Of a stretch of DNA of 32,000 bases, positions 18,387-27,593 are shown in pieces (the stretch's first letter is position 1; each line of letters begins with the position of its first letter). Source of the stretch: Desulfocapsa sulfexigens DSM 10523 (lineage in GTDB: Bacteria > Desulfobacterota > Desulfobulbia > Desulfobulbales > Desulfocapsaceae); NCBI RefSeq assembly GCF_000341395.1, contig NC_020304.1:3120001-3152000 (forward strand). Direction: 5' to 3'. The notes under the pieces are model-generated. The model was not told the origin of the DNA, made no database searches, and worked only from the letters and a program-made list of their open reading frames with translations. Made by a program: the position numbers and the translations under genes.

Positions 18387-19775
18387 CTAGAATTTTGCAT
18401 CAACCAGTGGCCCATCAATGGTTACATCTATCCAGTGCTGATCCCACCATTCTTTTGGGGTCACAAATATTCCGTTTACCAGCATTGAAAAATGGAGATG
18501 GTCACCACCAGCCATGCCACTGGTTCCAGAATGACCGAGTATGTCTCCTTTATTGAGGCTGTCGCCAACGGCAACATTGATCTGGCTCAGGTGTGAATAG
18601 AGACTGAATACTCCCTGTCCATGATCGAGCATCACCATATTTCCGTATATTCCAAGATATTCTCCAAAAATAACCTTTCCTGATCCAGCCGCTTTTATTC
18701 TGACATGCTGTGTTGAAGCAATGTCCATTCCAAGGTGAACCTGATTGTCTATGGCTTTGTCTTGATAATAATAGGTGCGGTGATCCGCAAAACCGGCTCT
18801 ACCACTTCCAGCCATGCGAAGAAAACTCCCGGACCATAATCGTTTTGGGTCAGGGTTCATACAAAGATCATGGATTTTCTGATTGTTCAACTCCCTGACA
18901 GTTCGGTTGGTGTAGAGGTATTTTTGAACAAGATCACCTTCCATTTCAGGATAATGCTCTTCAAATTCAGGGATTTTAGTGTTCAGGAAATTATCTCCAA
19001 TATTGATTCTGTCCTGTTTTAGATTTTTCTTTTTTAGTACCGGGGTAAATGGTTTTACAGTTCTATTTCCTGCACCATCCTCTGCAATGACTACAGATTC
19101 GTTGATTGTCTCGGCGAAGTGCGGAACTGCTATATAGGATATGAATTTGAAGTCCGAACCATCGGTGACGGGAAATCCGGGATGGTAGGTATCATTTATC
19201 TTTACTCCTTGTTTTACCGAATCTTCGGCACGATATACAACAATACCAGCACCGCCTACCTGGATGTATCTTTCACTGTGGATAATACTAACTTTTGGAG
19301 GCTTGGTATCAATAGTCACTGGATGGAGCAGTTCGGTTGAGTTTCCCTTTAAAAGCCCTCGTAATGAATAATCTCTAGCTGTAATTTTGAGTGTAGCTTG
19401 GCCTTCCTTGAATTTTTTGGTATCGATGGTCAGGCTGATGTCTTCACTTGCAGTTCCACCACTGCCATTTTTTCCGGGGCGGGAAAATTCTTTTGAAAGA
19501 AGGATTTTTTCTGTGTTTTTCTGTATCAGCAGTATCTGTATAGAGCGAAGCCCACTCTTCTGGTCACTGACGGTAAATGATAAAGGTGTTTCTTTACCAA
19601 TATATGAAGGAAGAGTGTCTGCAACGATTAATGGTTTTTCACCCTCAAACCATGTAATAAAAGCATACCCTCCAGCAGCAGCGAGTATCATAAAGATAAT
19701 TAGAAAAAATGGAAATGATGATCGTTTCTTTCTGTGACTGTTTTGCAGTAGGGTCATGGCGTTGTCTCGGGGCAA
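18387..19775 (-). CDS. M23 family metallopeptidase, membrane-anchored
   Basis: 462 aa: N-terminal TM helix FPFFLIIFMILAAAGGYAF; HLGMDIAST...VMLDHGQGVFSLYSHLSQINVAVGD...GHSGTSGMAGGDHLHFSMLVNG. Confidence 0.94.
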   Translation of the reverse strand: MPRDNAMTLLQNSHRKKRSSFPFFLIIFMILAAAGGYAFITWFEGEKPLIVADTLPSYIGKETPLSFTVSDQKSGLRSIQILLIQKNTEKILLSKEFSRPGKNGSGGTASEDISLTIDTKKFKEGQATLKITARDYSLRGLLKGNSTELLHPVTIDTKPPKVSIIHSERYIQVGGAGIVVYRAEDSVKQGVKINDTYHPGFPVTDGSDFKFISYIAVPHFAETINESVVIAEDGAGNRTVKPFTPVLKKKNLKQDRINIGDNFLNTKIPEFEEHYPEMEGDLVQKYLYTNRTVRELNNQKIHDLCMNPDPKRLWSGSFLRMAGSGRAGFADHRTYYYQDKAIDNQVHLGMDIASTQHVRIKAAGSGKVIFGEYLGIYGNMVMLDHGQGVFSLYSHLSQINVAVGDSLNKGDILGHSGTSGMAGGDHLHFSMLVNGIFVTPKEWWDQHWIDVTIDGPLVDAKF

Positions 19776-19814
19776 TATAGAATGTGTTTCATGGGAGTAA
19801 TTCTACAGTGAAGA

Positions 19815-21347
19815 CTAATCCCACAGAATGTCATATTTTTCAATGTGGAGCTCTTTACTGGGAATGATGGTGAGTCGTTTTCCTATATCTCGTTCAAGCT
19901 CACAGGTCACTGCCTCTTCCTCTTTAAGAAGCATATCAGCGACGCGGGGGTGAACATTGAGCGTGATCTTATCTCCATGGTAATTACGAGCTTTTCTGGA
20001 TATTTTACGATAAATTTCGTAGCAGATAGTACGTCTGGATTTCAGAACACCTTCACCTGCACAATAATGACAGGGCTCACACATCATCTGGTTAAGATTT
20101 TCACAACTGCGTTTGCGGGTCATCTGGACCAGGCCAAATTCGGTAAGTTTCAAGATATTGATGCGGCTTTTATCTTTTTTTACCGCCTCCTTGAATGATG
20201 TGAAGAGTTCTTCACGATGCTCTTCTTCTTCCATATCAATGAAATCAATAATAATAATTCCACCGATGTTCCGTAACCTGAGCTGATAGGCAATCTCTTT
20301 TACAGCCTCAATGTTTGTCTTGAAAATGGTTTCTTCAAGATCATTTTTACCAACAAATCGCCCGGTATTTACATCAATAACTGAAAGAGCTTCGGTGGTT
20401 TCAATTATTATATAACCTCCTGAACGCAGCCAGACTTTCTTGTCGAGGGCTCGGCTTATCTCAACATCTATGCCATGGGCTTCAAAGAGAGGAGAGTCCC
20501 CCTTATAAATGGATATACGATTTTGAAGTTTTGGGGCAAAGGTTTTGACAAATTTAAGCAGTTTGTCATAGGTCTTCTGGTCATCCAGGATAAGGCTGCT
20601 GACTTCAGCTGTAAACAGGTCTCTCACGGAACGGAATGTTATATCAAGGTCCTCATAAATCATAACAGGGATAGTCGTGATCCGTTCAGAAATGTCCTGG
20701 ATTTCATCCCAGAGAAGGAGAAGAAACTCCATGTCTGCTTCAAGTTCTTCCAGTGTTGCATTTTCCGCCACGGTGCGCACAATAAAACCAGTTCCTGTAG
20801 GGCGCAAAGATTCTATACGCTCTTTCAAGGTGTTACGGATGTTGTCATCCTGTATTTTTCTTGAAATACCAATGTGGTCGGTAAGAGGCATAAATACAAG
20901 ATTTCTGCATGGCAGAGTTATATGACAGGTCAGTCTGGCCCCTTTGGTTCCAATTGGGTCTTTTCCTACCTGAACGGTGATCTCTTGCCCTTCGGTCAGC
21001 AGGTCTTCAATGCTTACCCCTGGAGAACGATTCATATCGGCTTCTGGTGTTGATGAAGCGAATTCAAGTTTGCCGCAGGGGTTTCCCCTGTTCATCAGCC
21101 TGGCATCTAAATCAACATTTGAAATATAAACATCATCCACATACAAAAAGCCGGTTCTTTCCAGACCAATATCGACAAAGGCGGCCTGCATTCCTGGAAG
21201 TACCCTTACTACCCGGCCACGATAAATATTTCCGACCAGGCCCTTTTCCGTTGGACGCTGGAGGTGAAATTCGGCAAGATGGCCATTTTCAACCAGTGCT
21301 ATACGAACTTCGTAGCTTGTCGAATTAATTAATATTTCACTGCTCAT
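19815..21347 (-). CDS. rng: Ribonuclease E/G family (RNase G-like)
   Basis: 510 aa: VGNIYRGRVVRVLPGMQAAFVDIGLERTGFLYVDD, ALSVIDVNTGRFVG, GGIIIIDFIDM, CEPCHYCAGEG. Confidence 0.95.
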   Translation of the reverse strand: MSSEILINSTSYEVRIALVENGHLAEFHLQRPTEKGLVGNIYRGRVVRVLPGMQAAFVDIGLERTGFLYVDDVYISNVDLDARLMNRGNPCGKLEFASSTPEADMNRSPGVSIEDLLTEGQEITVQVGKDPIGTKGARLTCHITLPCRNLVFMPLTDHIGISRKIQDDNIRNTLKERIESLRPTGTGFIVRTVAENATLEELEADMEFLLLLWDEIQDISERITTIPVMIYEDLDITFRSVRDLFTAEVSSLILDDQKTYDKLLKFVKTFAPKLQNRISIYKGDSPLFEAHGIDVEISRALDKKVWLRSGGYIIIETTEALSVIDVNTGRFVGKNDLEETIFKTNIEAVKEIAYQLRLRNIGGIIIIDFIDMEEEEHREELFTSFKEAVKKDKSRINILKLTEFGLVQMTRKRSCENLNQMMCEPCHYCAGEGVLKSRRTICYEIYRKISRKARNYHGDKITLNVHPRVADMLLKEEEAVTCELERDIGKRLTIIPSKELHIEKYDILWD

Positions 21348-21428
21348 GTGGTGTTTTATCCGGATTCGTCTGTTTATACTAATATAGGATGTCTGCTTAT
21401 ATTGAAAAGCTCATAGATATACAGTATT

Positions 21429-22391
21429 TTGCAGGATAAATCTTCCCCTAATTCTAAAAATGCCACCAATCGATTTGATATGACCGGAATTTCTGTAATA
21501 ATCCCAACCTATAACAGGGTATCTTTTTTGGGTCGTGCTTTAGATTCGGTTCGTCGTCAAACCATGGCATGTGATGAGATTATTGTAGTGGATGATGGTT
21601 CCAGCGATGCCACCTATGAGATTGTTGACACTTTTGCAAGAGAGTGTGAGGTGCCGGTTCACTACATTTTTCAGGAAAACGGTGGCCCTGCCAGGGCAAG
21701 AAATACTGGAATAGGTATTGCGAAATTCAGCCACATTGCCTTTCTTGATTCTGATGATCATTGGCTGAAAAACAAATTGAAGCTTCAATTTGATGGACTT
21801 GCTGGTAACCCTGATATGGTTATTTCCCATACTCATGAACGCTGGTATCGGCGTGGAATCCATTTGAATCAGAAAAAAATCCATCAACCGCGCAGTGGTA
21901 ATATTTTTAAGCACTGCCTCCAACTCTGTGCGGTCGGAATGTCAACGGTAATGGTTAAAAAGGAGCTTTTTAACACAGTGGGCCTGTTCAATGAAGAGTT
22001 TCGCTGCTGTGAAGACTATGATATGTGGCTTCGTGTCGCCAGTAAGTTCCCCTTTCTTTTGATTCCCTCTCCACTTACCATTAAGGAGGGGGGGCGAGAC
22101 GATCAGGTATCTTATCAATTCAGGATAGGAATGGATAAGCTCCGGATTACTGCAATTAATGATCTTCTAGCCAGTAGTTCTCTCACAGGAGAACAGACCC
22201 TCTGGTCGCTTGAAGAATTACGCCGAAAGTGTCATGTTTACGGCAAGGGGTGTATAAAGCACAGGCGAATTGTCGAGGGGGAACGATATCTTGCTCTTGG
22301 ACAATGGGCTGAGAAGAATATCGCCCGTTTTTCTAGGGGTGCTTCCACTATTTCTGAAACAACAATTAAACTATCCGCACTGCAAATATGA
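21429..22391 (+). CDS. Family 2 glycosyltransferase
   Basis: GISVIIPTYNRVSFLGRALDSVRRQT...DEIIVVDDGSSDATYEI...NGGPARARNTGI...FLDSDDHW. Track start is TTG; ATG at 21480 is an alternative. Confidence 0.93.
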   Translation: MQDKSSPNSKNATNRFDMTGISVIIPTYNRVSFLGRALDSVRRQTMACDEIIVVDDGSSDATYEIVDTFARECEVPVHYIFQENGGPARARNTGIGIAKFSHIAFLDSDDHWLKNKLKLQFDGLAGNPDMVISHTHERWYRRGIHLNQKKIHQPRSGNIFKHCLQLCAVGMSTVMVKKELFNTVGLFNEEFRCCEDYDMWLRVASKFPFLLIPSPLTIKEGGRDDQVSYQFRIGMDKLRITAINDLLASSSLTGEQTLWSLEELRRKCHVYGKGCIKHRRIVEGERYLALGQWAEKNIARFSRGASTISETTIKLSALQI

Positions 22392-23509
22392 AACAACCGC
22401 GTTCCTGGAAAGATCCTTCGATATACTTGACCGAAATCCATGTTGAAGAATCATGCATGGAACTCGAATATACTCATCAAATTCTTGAAAGAGCAAATCT
22501 TCCCCATAGGGTGATACCTGACCGATCTGACCCCGAGGGGATTGAAGGAGAATATCCTGAAAATCTCATTCAGGGCAAGCATCATCTGTTACTAAGTAAA
22601 AATCGTGGCCATTTCTTCAAGCCGTGTCCCGGCACCAGAGAATATCGTTGCTGCGATTACCAGGTTTTAAATATTGGTATGGGTTGCCCCATGGACTGTG
22701 TCTATTGCATCCTCCAGGCCTACCTGAATAAGCCGTGGTTGACATTTTTTGTAAATAGTAGTGATTTGCTTGGTGAAATGAACGCTGCCTTCAGGGCTGA
22801 ACCTGATCGTTTTTTCCGCATTGGGACCGGCGAATTTACCGATTCAATGGCGCTGGACAGAATCACATGTCTCAGTCCTCAGCTTGTCGAATTTATGGCA
22901 GACAAGAGCCAGGCAGTACTTGAACTCAAGACCAAAAGTGCAGTGATTGAAAACTTAAGAGATCTGAAACATAATGGCAGGATCATACTCGCCTGGTCAT
23001 TAAACAGTACCAGCGTTATGCAAAAGGAAGAAATCAGGACGGCGACCCTCGAAGAACGACTGGCTGCAGCCGCTCAGTGTGCTCAGTGGGGCTATAAACT
23101 CGCCTTTCATTTTGATCCGATCATAGATCATCCCGGTTGGGAAAATGGATATGAAGAAACGATCACCCGTTTGTATCAGCTCGTCCCGGCCGAGCAGATC
23201 GTATGGATATCCCTGGGAGCGTTACGGTACCTGCCTGCCCTCAAAACCATTGGAACGGAGAGGTTTCCTCATTCAAGGATTTTTTATCAGGAATTTATTG
23301 AAGGACTGGATAACAAAAAACGTTATTTTCGTCCAAGAAGGGTTGCTCTCTATACCCATATTTATTCACTTCTCAAAAAATATGCCGCACCACAAACCTG
23401 TATCTACTTTTGCATGGAAAGCGATGAGATATGGCGGGAGGTGATGGGCTTTACTCCAGAGGAGAAAGGAGGCATTCCGCTCATGCTTGACCGAACAGTG
23501 AACGGTTGA
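22388..23509 (+). CDS. Spore photoproduct lyase-like radical SAM protein
   Basis: 373 aa: KPCPGTREYRCCDYQVLNIGMGCPMDCVYCILQAYLNKP with CxxxCxxC; overlaps the preceding gene by 4 bp (ATGA). Confidence 0.85.
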   Translation: MKQPRSWKDPSIYLTEIHVEESCMELEYTHQILERANLPHRVIPDRSDPEGIEGEYPENLIQGKHHLLLSKNRGHFFKPCPGTREYRCCDYQVLNIGMGCPMDCVYCILQAYLNKPWLTFFVNSSDLLGEMNAAFRAEPDRFFRIGTGEFTDSMALDRITCLSPQLVEFMADKSQAVLELKTKSAVIENLRDLKHNGRIILAWSLNSTSVMQKEEIRTATLEERLAAAAQCAQWGYKLAFHFDPIIDHPGWENGYEETITRLYQLVPAEQIVWISLGALRYLPALKTIGTERFPHSRIFYQEFIEGLDNKKRYFRPRRVALYTHIYSLLKKYAAPQTCIYFCMESDEIWREVMGFTPEEKGGIPLMLDRTVNG

Positions 23510-23649
23510 AAAAATGAAATTTTCCTAGCCTAATAGAAGGGGCTTATGGTATTCATTAGACTCGTTCTATCTGGAAGACATTTTACTCGAAGCTATCCCT
23601 CTTTCTTGATAAAAACCCTATAAAACATGAGATTCACATCGGAGGAAAT

Positions 23650-24081
23650 ATGATCAACAAAGCAATGCTTATTGGAAATCTTGGTGCTGACCCGGAGATT
23701 CGTTACACTCAGGAAGGTACCCCCGTTGCCACTTTCAATATCGCCACCACTGAACGGTGGACAGATAAAAGTGGGCAAAAACAGGATTCCACAGAATGGC
23801 ACCGTATTGTGGCCTGGCGTAAACTTGCTGAGATTTGTGGCGAGTACCTCCATAAGGGGTCCAAAGTGTATATTGAAGGCAAAATTCAGACTCGTAAATG
23901 GCAGGATCAGAGTGGAAACGACAGGTATACAACTGAAATTGTTGCTCGTGAAATGAAGATGCTTGATTCCAGAGGTGATGGAGGAGGCAGTAATGCTGGA
24001 TTTGGAGAACCACCTCTTCCAGATGCGCCTTCTGACTCAAGCTTTGGTGGTGGTGGAACGGGTGATGATGTGCCCTTCTAG
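23650..24081 (+). CDS. ssb: Single-stranded DNA-binding protein
   Basis: 143 aa: [37 protein letters not shown]...; acidic tip GDDVPF. Confidence 0.97.
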   Translation: MINKAMLIGNLGADPEIRYTQEGTPVATFNIATTERWTDKSGQKQDSTEWHRIVAWRKLAEICGEYLHKGSKVYIEGKIQTRKWQDQSGNDRYTTEIVAREMKMLDSRGDGGGSNAGFGEPPLPDAPSDSSFGGGGTGDDVPF

Positions 24082-24106
24082 TCAGCACTAAAAAAGCTTA
24101 TTTGCA

Positions 24107-24148
24107 AGCCCAGAAACCTTATTCAACAAGGATTCTGGGCTTTTTATT
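24107..24148 (+). terminator. Rho-independent terminator after ssb
   Basis: AGCCCAGAA...TTCTGGGCT 9 bp stem followed by TTTTATTTT. Confidence 0.82.
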
Positions 24149-24174
24149 TTGAATGCAACACTCAAAAGAGACCG

Positions 24175-24321
24175 CTAAGAGACATCCTGGTTGTTTTTCA
24201 ACCATTTCTGATTGATCTGCTTATCTCTACCTTTACCCTGTATTGCTTTAATTCCCTTGTTCAGCAAATCAAGAAGTTCAGGTTTTAATTTTTCTGATGG
24301 ATATAGCCTAGAGGTTCTATG
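24175..24321 (-). pseudogene. Possible C-terminal remnant of a family 3 solute-binding protein
   Basis: Minus-strand reading HRTSRLYPSEKLKPELLDLLNKGIKAIQGKGRDKQINQKWLKNNQDVS* resembles the C-terminal ELLxxxNKxLxxxxxxGxxxxIxxKW pattern of such proteins; no start codon or upstream domain. Confidence 0.4.
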
Positions 24322-24569
24322 TTGTTTTTTTTTTGTTTTTAATACAGAAAATAAGGTGTTGTCAGTTAAAAAAAAATTGAATCATACGTGCCATATTTAC
24401 CACTTTTCTTTTTTTTACCTCCCTTGACGATAGCTATTGCTGTTCCTATTGTAGGATACAAATAATATAGGATATTTTGCTGAATTGACTTGGGGATTTA
24501 TGTGTATACTTTTTTTGTCAGGTCTTTTAGTAAGTTGATTTATGTAAATTGCAGGGAAAGGGAAAAACT

Positions 24570-25493
24570 ATGGAATATTATGATATATTAGGGGTGACGA
24601 AGGGTGCCTCTGCTCAGGAGATAAAAAAAGCCTATCGTAAAATGGCTTTGAAATACCATCCTGATAAAAATGCAGGAAACAAGGAGGCTGAAAACAAGTT
24701 TAAGGAAGTAAGTGAAGCCTACGCAGTACTTTCTGATCCCAAAAAGAAACAACAGTATGACACCTATGGCTCAACTGATTTTAGTCAGCGTTATTCTCAG
24801 GAAGACATCTTCAGGAATTTTAATATGGATGATATCCTTGGTCAGTTTGGATTTGGTGGAGGGGCTCGTGGAAGCAGCTTCAGATCTACCCCTGGAGGCG
24901 GCGGTTTCAGTTCGATTTTTGGTCAGACAGCAGGTGGAGGATGCGGCGGTGGAGGGTGTCACCCACCACCAAAAGGGCAGGACATAACCTATCAGTTGTC
25001 TGTGACGCTTGAAGATGTCCTCAACGGTGCAGAAAAGAACATTGCCTTAAGAAACAACGGAATGAGTAAAAATGTGAACGTTAAAGTTCCAAAAGGGATA
25101 GAGAGTGGAAAAAAACTCCGCTTAAAAGGGAAGGGTGGACAGGCTCCCAATGGTGGCAAACCCGGCGATCTTTTCCTGAAAATTGATGTCGTACCCCATA
25201 AATCCTATCAGCGGGATGGCGATAATCTGATTTTTGAGCGGAGAATTCCCTTCAGCCAGGCATGTCTAGGTGCCAAGGTAGACGTTGAGACGTTGGAAGG
25301 TAAAAAATTCAAGGTGAATGTTCCTCCGGGGATACAGGGCGACGCCAAGTTGAGATTGAAGGGATATGGTCTTCCTTCAGGTCCACACAGTGGTCGGGGG
25401 GATCTGTATGTGAAAGTGGCAGTTGATGTACCCAAAGAGCTGAATGAGGAGCAGCAGGAAGCGATCGCAAAACTACAGGAGTATGGACTATAA
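24570..25493 (+). CDS. DnaJ/CbpA-like J-domain co-chaperone without classical zinc-finger domain
   Basis: [34 protein letters not shown] with HPD; C-terminal substrate-binding domains. ATG at 24570 preferred over the TTG at 24549 used in the track. Confidence 0.94.
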   Translation: MEYYDILGVTKGASAQEIKKAYRKMALKYHPDKNAGNKEAENKFKEVSEAYAVLSDPKKKQQYDTYGSTDFSQRYSQEDIFRNFNMDDILGQFGFGGGARGSSFRSTPGGGGFSSIFGQTAGGGCGGGGCHPPPKGQDITYQLSVTLEDVLNGAEKNIALRNNGMSKNVNVKVPKGIESGKKLRLKGKGGQAPNGGKPGDLFLKIDVVPHKSYQRDGDNLIFERRIPFSQACLGAKVDVETLEGKKFKVNVPPGIQGDAKLRLKGYGLPSGPHSGRGDLYVKVAVDVPKELNEEQQEAIAKLQEYGL

Positions 25494-25515
25494 ACTCTGC
25501 CGGAAACAGCGAAAA

Positions 25516-25552
25516 AAGGTTCCCAATGCATATGCATCGGGAACCTTCTTTT
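25516..25552. terminator. Bidirectional terminator between the convergent J-protein gene and leuD
   Basis: AAGGTTCCC-AATGCATATGCATC-GGGAACCTT; T-rich on the + side, and poly-A on the left gives poly-T on the minus side. Confidence 0.85.
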
Positions 25553-25570
25553 GGTTAAAAGCAGTTTTTT

Positions 25571-26107
25571 TTAGTAATTCGTGTCGGCATAACTGAGCCA
25601 GCCGCCAGCACTTACCAGATCTTTATCATAGGAGTTGAGAGAAAATGAACAGTGCAAATCGTCCTGCTCATCGTCGTCCGAATGCACTGTAATTTGCTCC
25701 TGATCCATATCAACCGCAATCTGTAGTTTTCCAGACATGGCAAAGATTGCATCAATATCGCCCTCACTCAGTTCCATGGCCAGAATGCCACAGTTGAACA
25801 TGTTCTGCCTGAAAATTCGTGCAAAACTTGAGGCGATAACCACGTTGATATCATTTACTTCAAATGCCCATACGGCGTGTTCACGGGACGATCCGCAACC
25901 AAAGTTTGCCCGTGTTATGACAACCTTTGCCTCCTCCATTTCCGCTGAGTGATTATTAAATGCTTTACCATCCAGCAGCAGGTCTTCAAGCAAATGAGGC
26001 TTGAGAGCGATTTTGGTAATCTCTGTGAGATATTTTGCAGGGATTATCTCATCGGTGTTTATATCATTTCTGTCCAGCAGTACCGCAGGACCTCCAAATG
26101 TCTTCAT
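25571..26107 (-). CDS. leuD: 3-isopropylmalate dehydratase small subunit
   Basis: MKTFGGPAVLLDRNDINTDEIIPAKYLTE..., NFGCGSSREHAVWAF. ORF track extends to 26146, but the MKTFGG start fits better. Confidence 0.93.
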   Translation of the reverse strand: MKTFGGPAVLLDRNDINTDEIIPAKYLTEITKIALKPHLLEDLLLDGKAFNNHSAEMEEAKVVITRANFGCGSSREHAVWAFEVNDINVVIASSFARIFRQNMFNCGILAMELSEGDIDAIFAMSGKLQIAVDMDQEQITVHSDDDEQDDLHCSFSLNSYDKDLVSAGGWLSYADTNY

Positions 26108-26117
26108 ACGTATACCT

Positions 26118-27407
26118 CTATTGAGCGAGAAATTGTCTGGGATCACTGATGGTGCCGGTAATGGCTGCAGCAGCAGCTGAGGCTGGACTCATAAGATGTA
26201 CCATTCCTCCTTTTCCCATTCTGCCATTAAAGTTTCTGTTAGTGGTGGAAGCACAGACCTCACCTTCAGCGAGAACGCCTGAACTCATACCAAGACAGGC
26301 GCCACATGTAGGATTGAGTACGCAAAAACCCGCGTCCATGAAAATCTTAATAATACCTTCCTCAAGAGCCTGTGAATAGATGCCAGGAGTTGCGGGAGTT
26401 ACAATGCCACGTACACCGCTGGCCAGTCTTTTTCCTTTGAGTATAGCGGCAGCCTGGCGTAAATCTTCAATGCGGCCATTGGTACAGGAGCCGATATAAA
26501 TCTGATCAACGGGAGTGCCTTCCATCTCTCTAATATTTTTTACATGATCGGGTTTATAACCATAGGTTACCTGAGGTTCAAGCTCAGAGACATCGAGTTC
26601 TATTACGCTCGCATATTCCGCGTCGGCATCTGAATGCCATTTTTCAAACTTTGCAACCGCTGCATCTATGGTTGTGTAATCATCTTTAATGAACTGCCAA
26701 AGGTATTCGGCAGTAACACGATCAGGATAACAGAGGCCACTAGTGGCTCCTGCCTCAACGGCCATATTACACAGTGTCATACGAGCTGACATATTCATTG
26801 AGTCAACCAGTGGTCCCGTGAATTCGATAACTTTATCAGTGGCACCATTTACGGTGAGCTTTTTGATAACGGCAAGGATAACATCCTTGGCAGAAACACC
26901 ATTCTGTAAGATTCCGCTGATGGAGACTTTCATGGAAACAGGAGCCCTGAAGGTACACACACCCTTAAGGATGCCGACTTCAAGATCAGTGGTTCCAACC
27001 CCAGCAGCAAAGGCCCCAAAAGCACCATGAGTACAGGTGTGGGAATCGCCCATTATAACGGTGTAACCAGGACGGATGAATCCTTTTTCAGGGAAAAGGG
27101 CATGGCAGACACCATTTTCACCAACATCAAAAAAGTCTTTGATATTCTGGCGTTTTGCCCATTCACGCATGATTTTTCCCTGTGCTGCTGTTTTTGAATC
27201 TTTTGCAGGAGTTACGTGATCGATTACAGCTTTGATTTTATTAGGATCAAAGACCCTGTCCATTCCTTTTTCCATTAGATCCATAATGGCAATAGGAGTA
27301 GTAATTTCGTGACATAAAACAACATCCAGGTCAAGTACCATGTTTTCTGGCGTTGGTGTGTCTCGTAAATGAGCATCAAAGATTTTCTGGGCTATTGTTT
27401 TTCCCAT
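26118..27407 (-). CDS. leuC: 3-isopropylmalate dehydratase large subunit
   Basis: MGKTIAQKIFDAHLRD..., VIMGDSHTCTHGAFGAFAAGVGTTD, YIGSCTNGRIEDLR, PTCGACLGM. The AAGGAG ribosome-binding site is better spaced for this ATG than for 27413. Confidence 0.96.
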   Translation of the reverse strand: MGKTIAQKIFDAHLRDTPTPENMVLDLDVVLCHEITTPIAIMDLMEKGMDRVFDPNKIKAVIDHVTPAKDSKTAAQGKIMREWAKRQNIKDFFDVGENGVCHALFPEKGFIRPGYTVIMGDSHTCTHGAFGAFAAGVGTTDLEVGILKGVCTFRAPVSMKVSISGILQNGVSAKDVILAVIKKLTVNGATDKVIEFTGPLVDSMNMSARMTLCNMAVEAGATSGLCYPDRVTAEYLWQFIKDDYTTIDAAVAKFEKWHSDADAEYASVIELDVSELEPQVTYGYKPDHVKNIREMEGTPVDQIYIGSCTNGRIEDLRQAAAILKGKRLASGVRGIVTPATPGIYSQALEEGIIKIFMDAGFCVLNPTCGACLGMSSGVLAEGEVCASTTNRNFNGRMGKGGMVHLMSPASAAAAAITGTISDPRQFLAQ

Positions 27408-27481
27408 GTGCATACTCCTTATTGAAAAAGAAAAATTTTGCTGCCTTTTGTTATGTTTGTCTTAAAATTTTGTAGGAAAAT

Positions 27482-27510
27482 TTGATACAATACCCCAAAA
27501 ATGATACTGT
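27482..27510 (+). promoter_or_regulatory. Weak candidate promoter for the solute-binding protein gene
   Basis: TTGATA (27482-27487), 17 bp spacer, TACTGT (27505-27510). Confidence 0.3.
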
Positions 27511-27593
27511 TGCCAGAAGATTATCCTTCGGGCGTGGTGAGATATTCACCCGCCATCCCGACTGTTATTTGAATTGTTTCAGGAGACCAATCT

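Noticed and set aside
20475-20864. 129-aa plus-strand ORF over rng, plus 19845-20198, 20677-20925 and 21047-21328
   Set aside because: All lie within the RNase G coding sequence and lack motifs or sensible ribosome-binding sites.
23735-24088. 117-aa minus-strand ORF over ssb, rich in His and Gln
   Set aside because: The His/Gln-rich sequence is what the Gly-rich ssb tail gives when read antisense.
24321-24409. Poly-T/poly-A tracts and TTT-rich stretches
   Set aside because: Considered as terminators or phase-variable repeats, but there is no associated stem and no open gene whose frame would be switched.
24212-24427. 71-aa plus-strand ORF in the ssb/J-protein gap
   Set aside because: Phe-run composition reflects the T-rich DNA; the minus strand gives the more protein-like reading.
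24494-24520. TTGACT...TATACT upstream of the J-protein gene
   Set aside because: The spacer between these hexamers is only 14 bp, and alternative pairings are weak, so I did not list a promoter.
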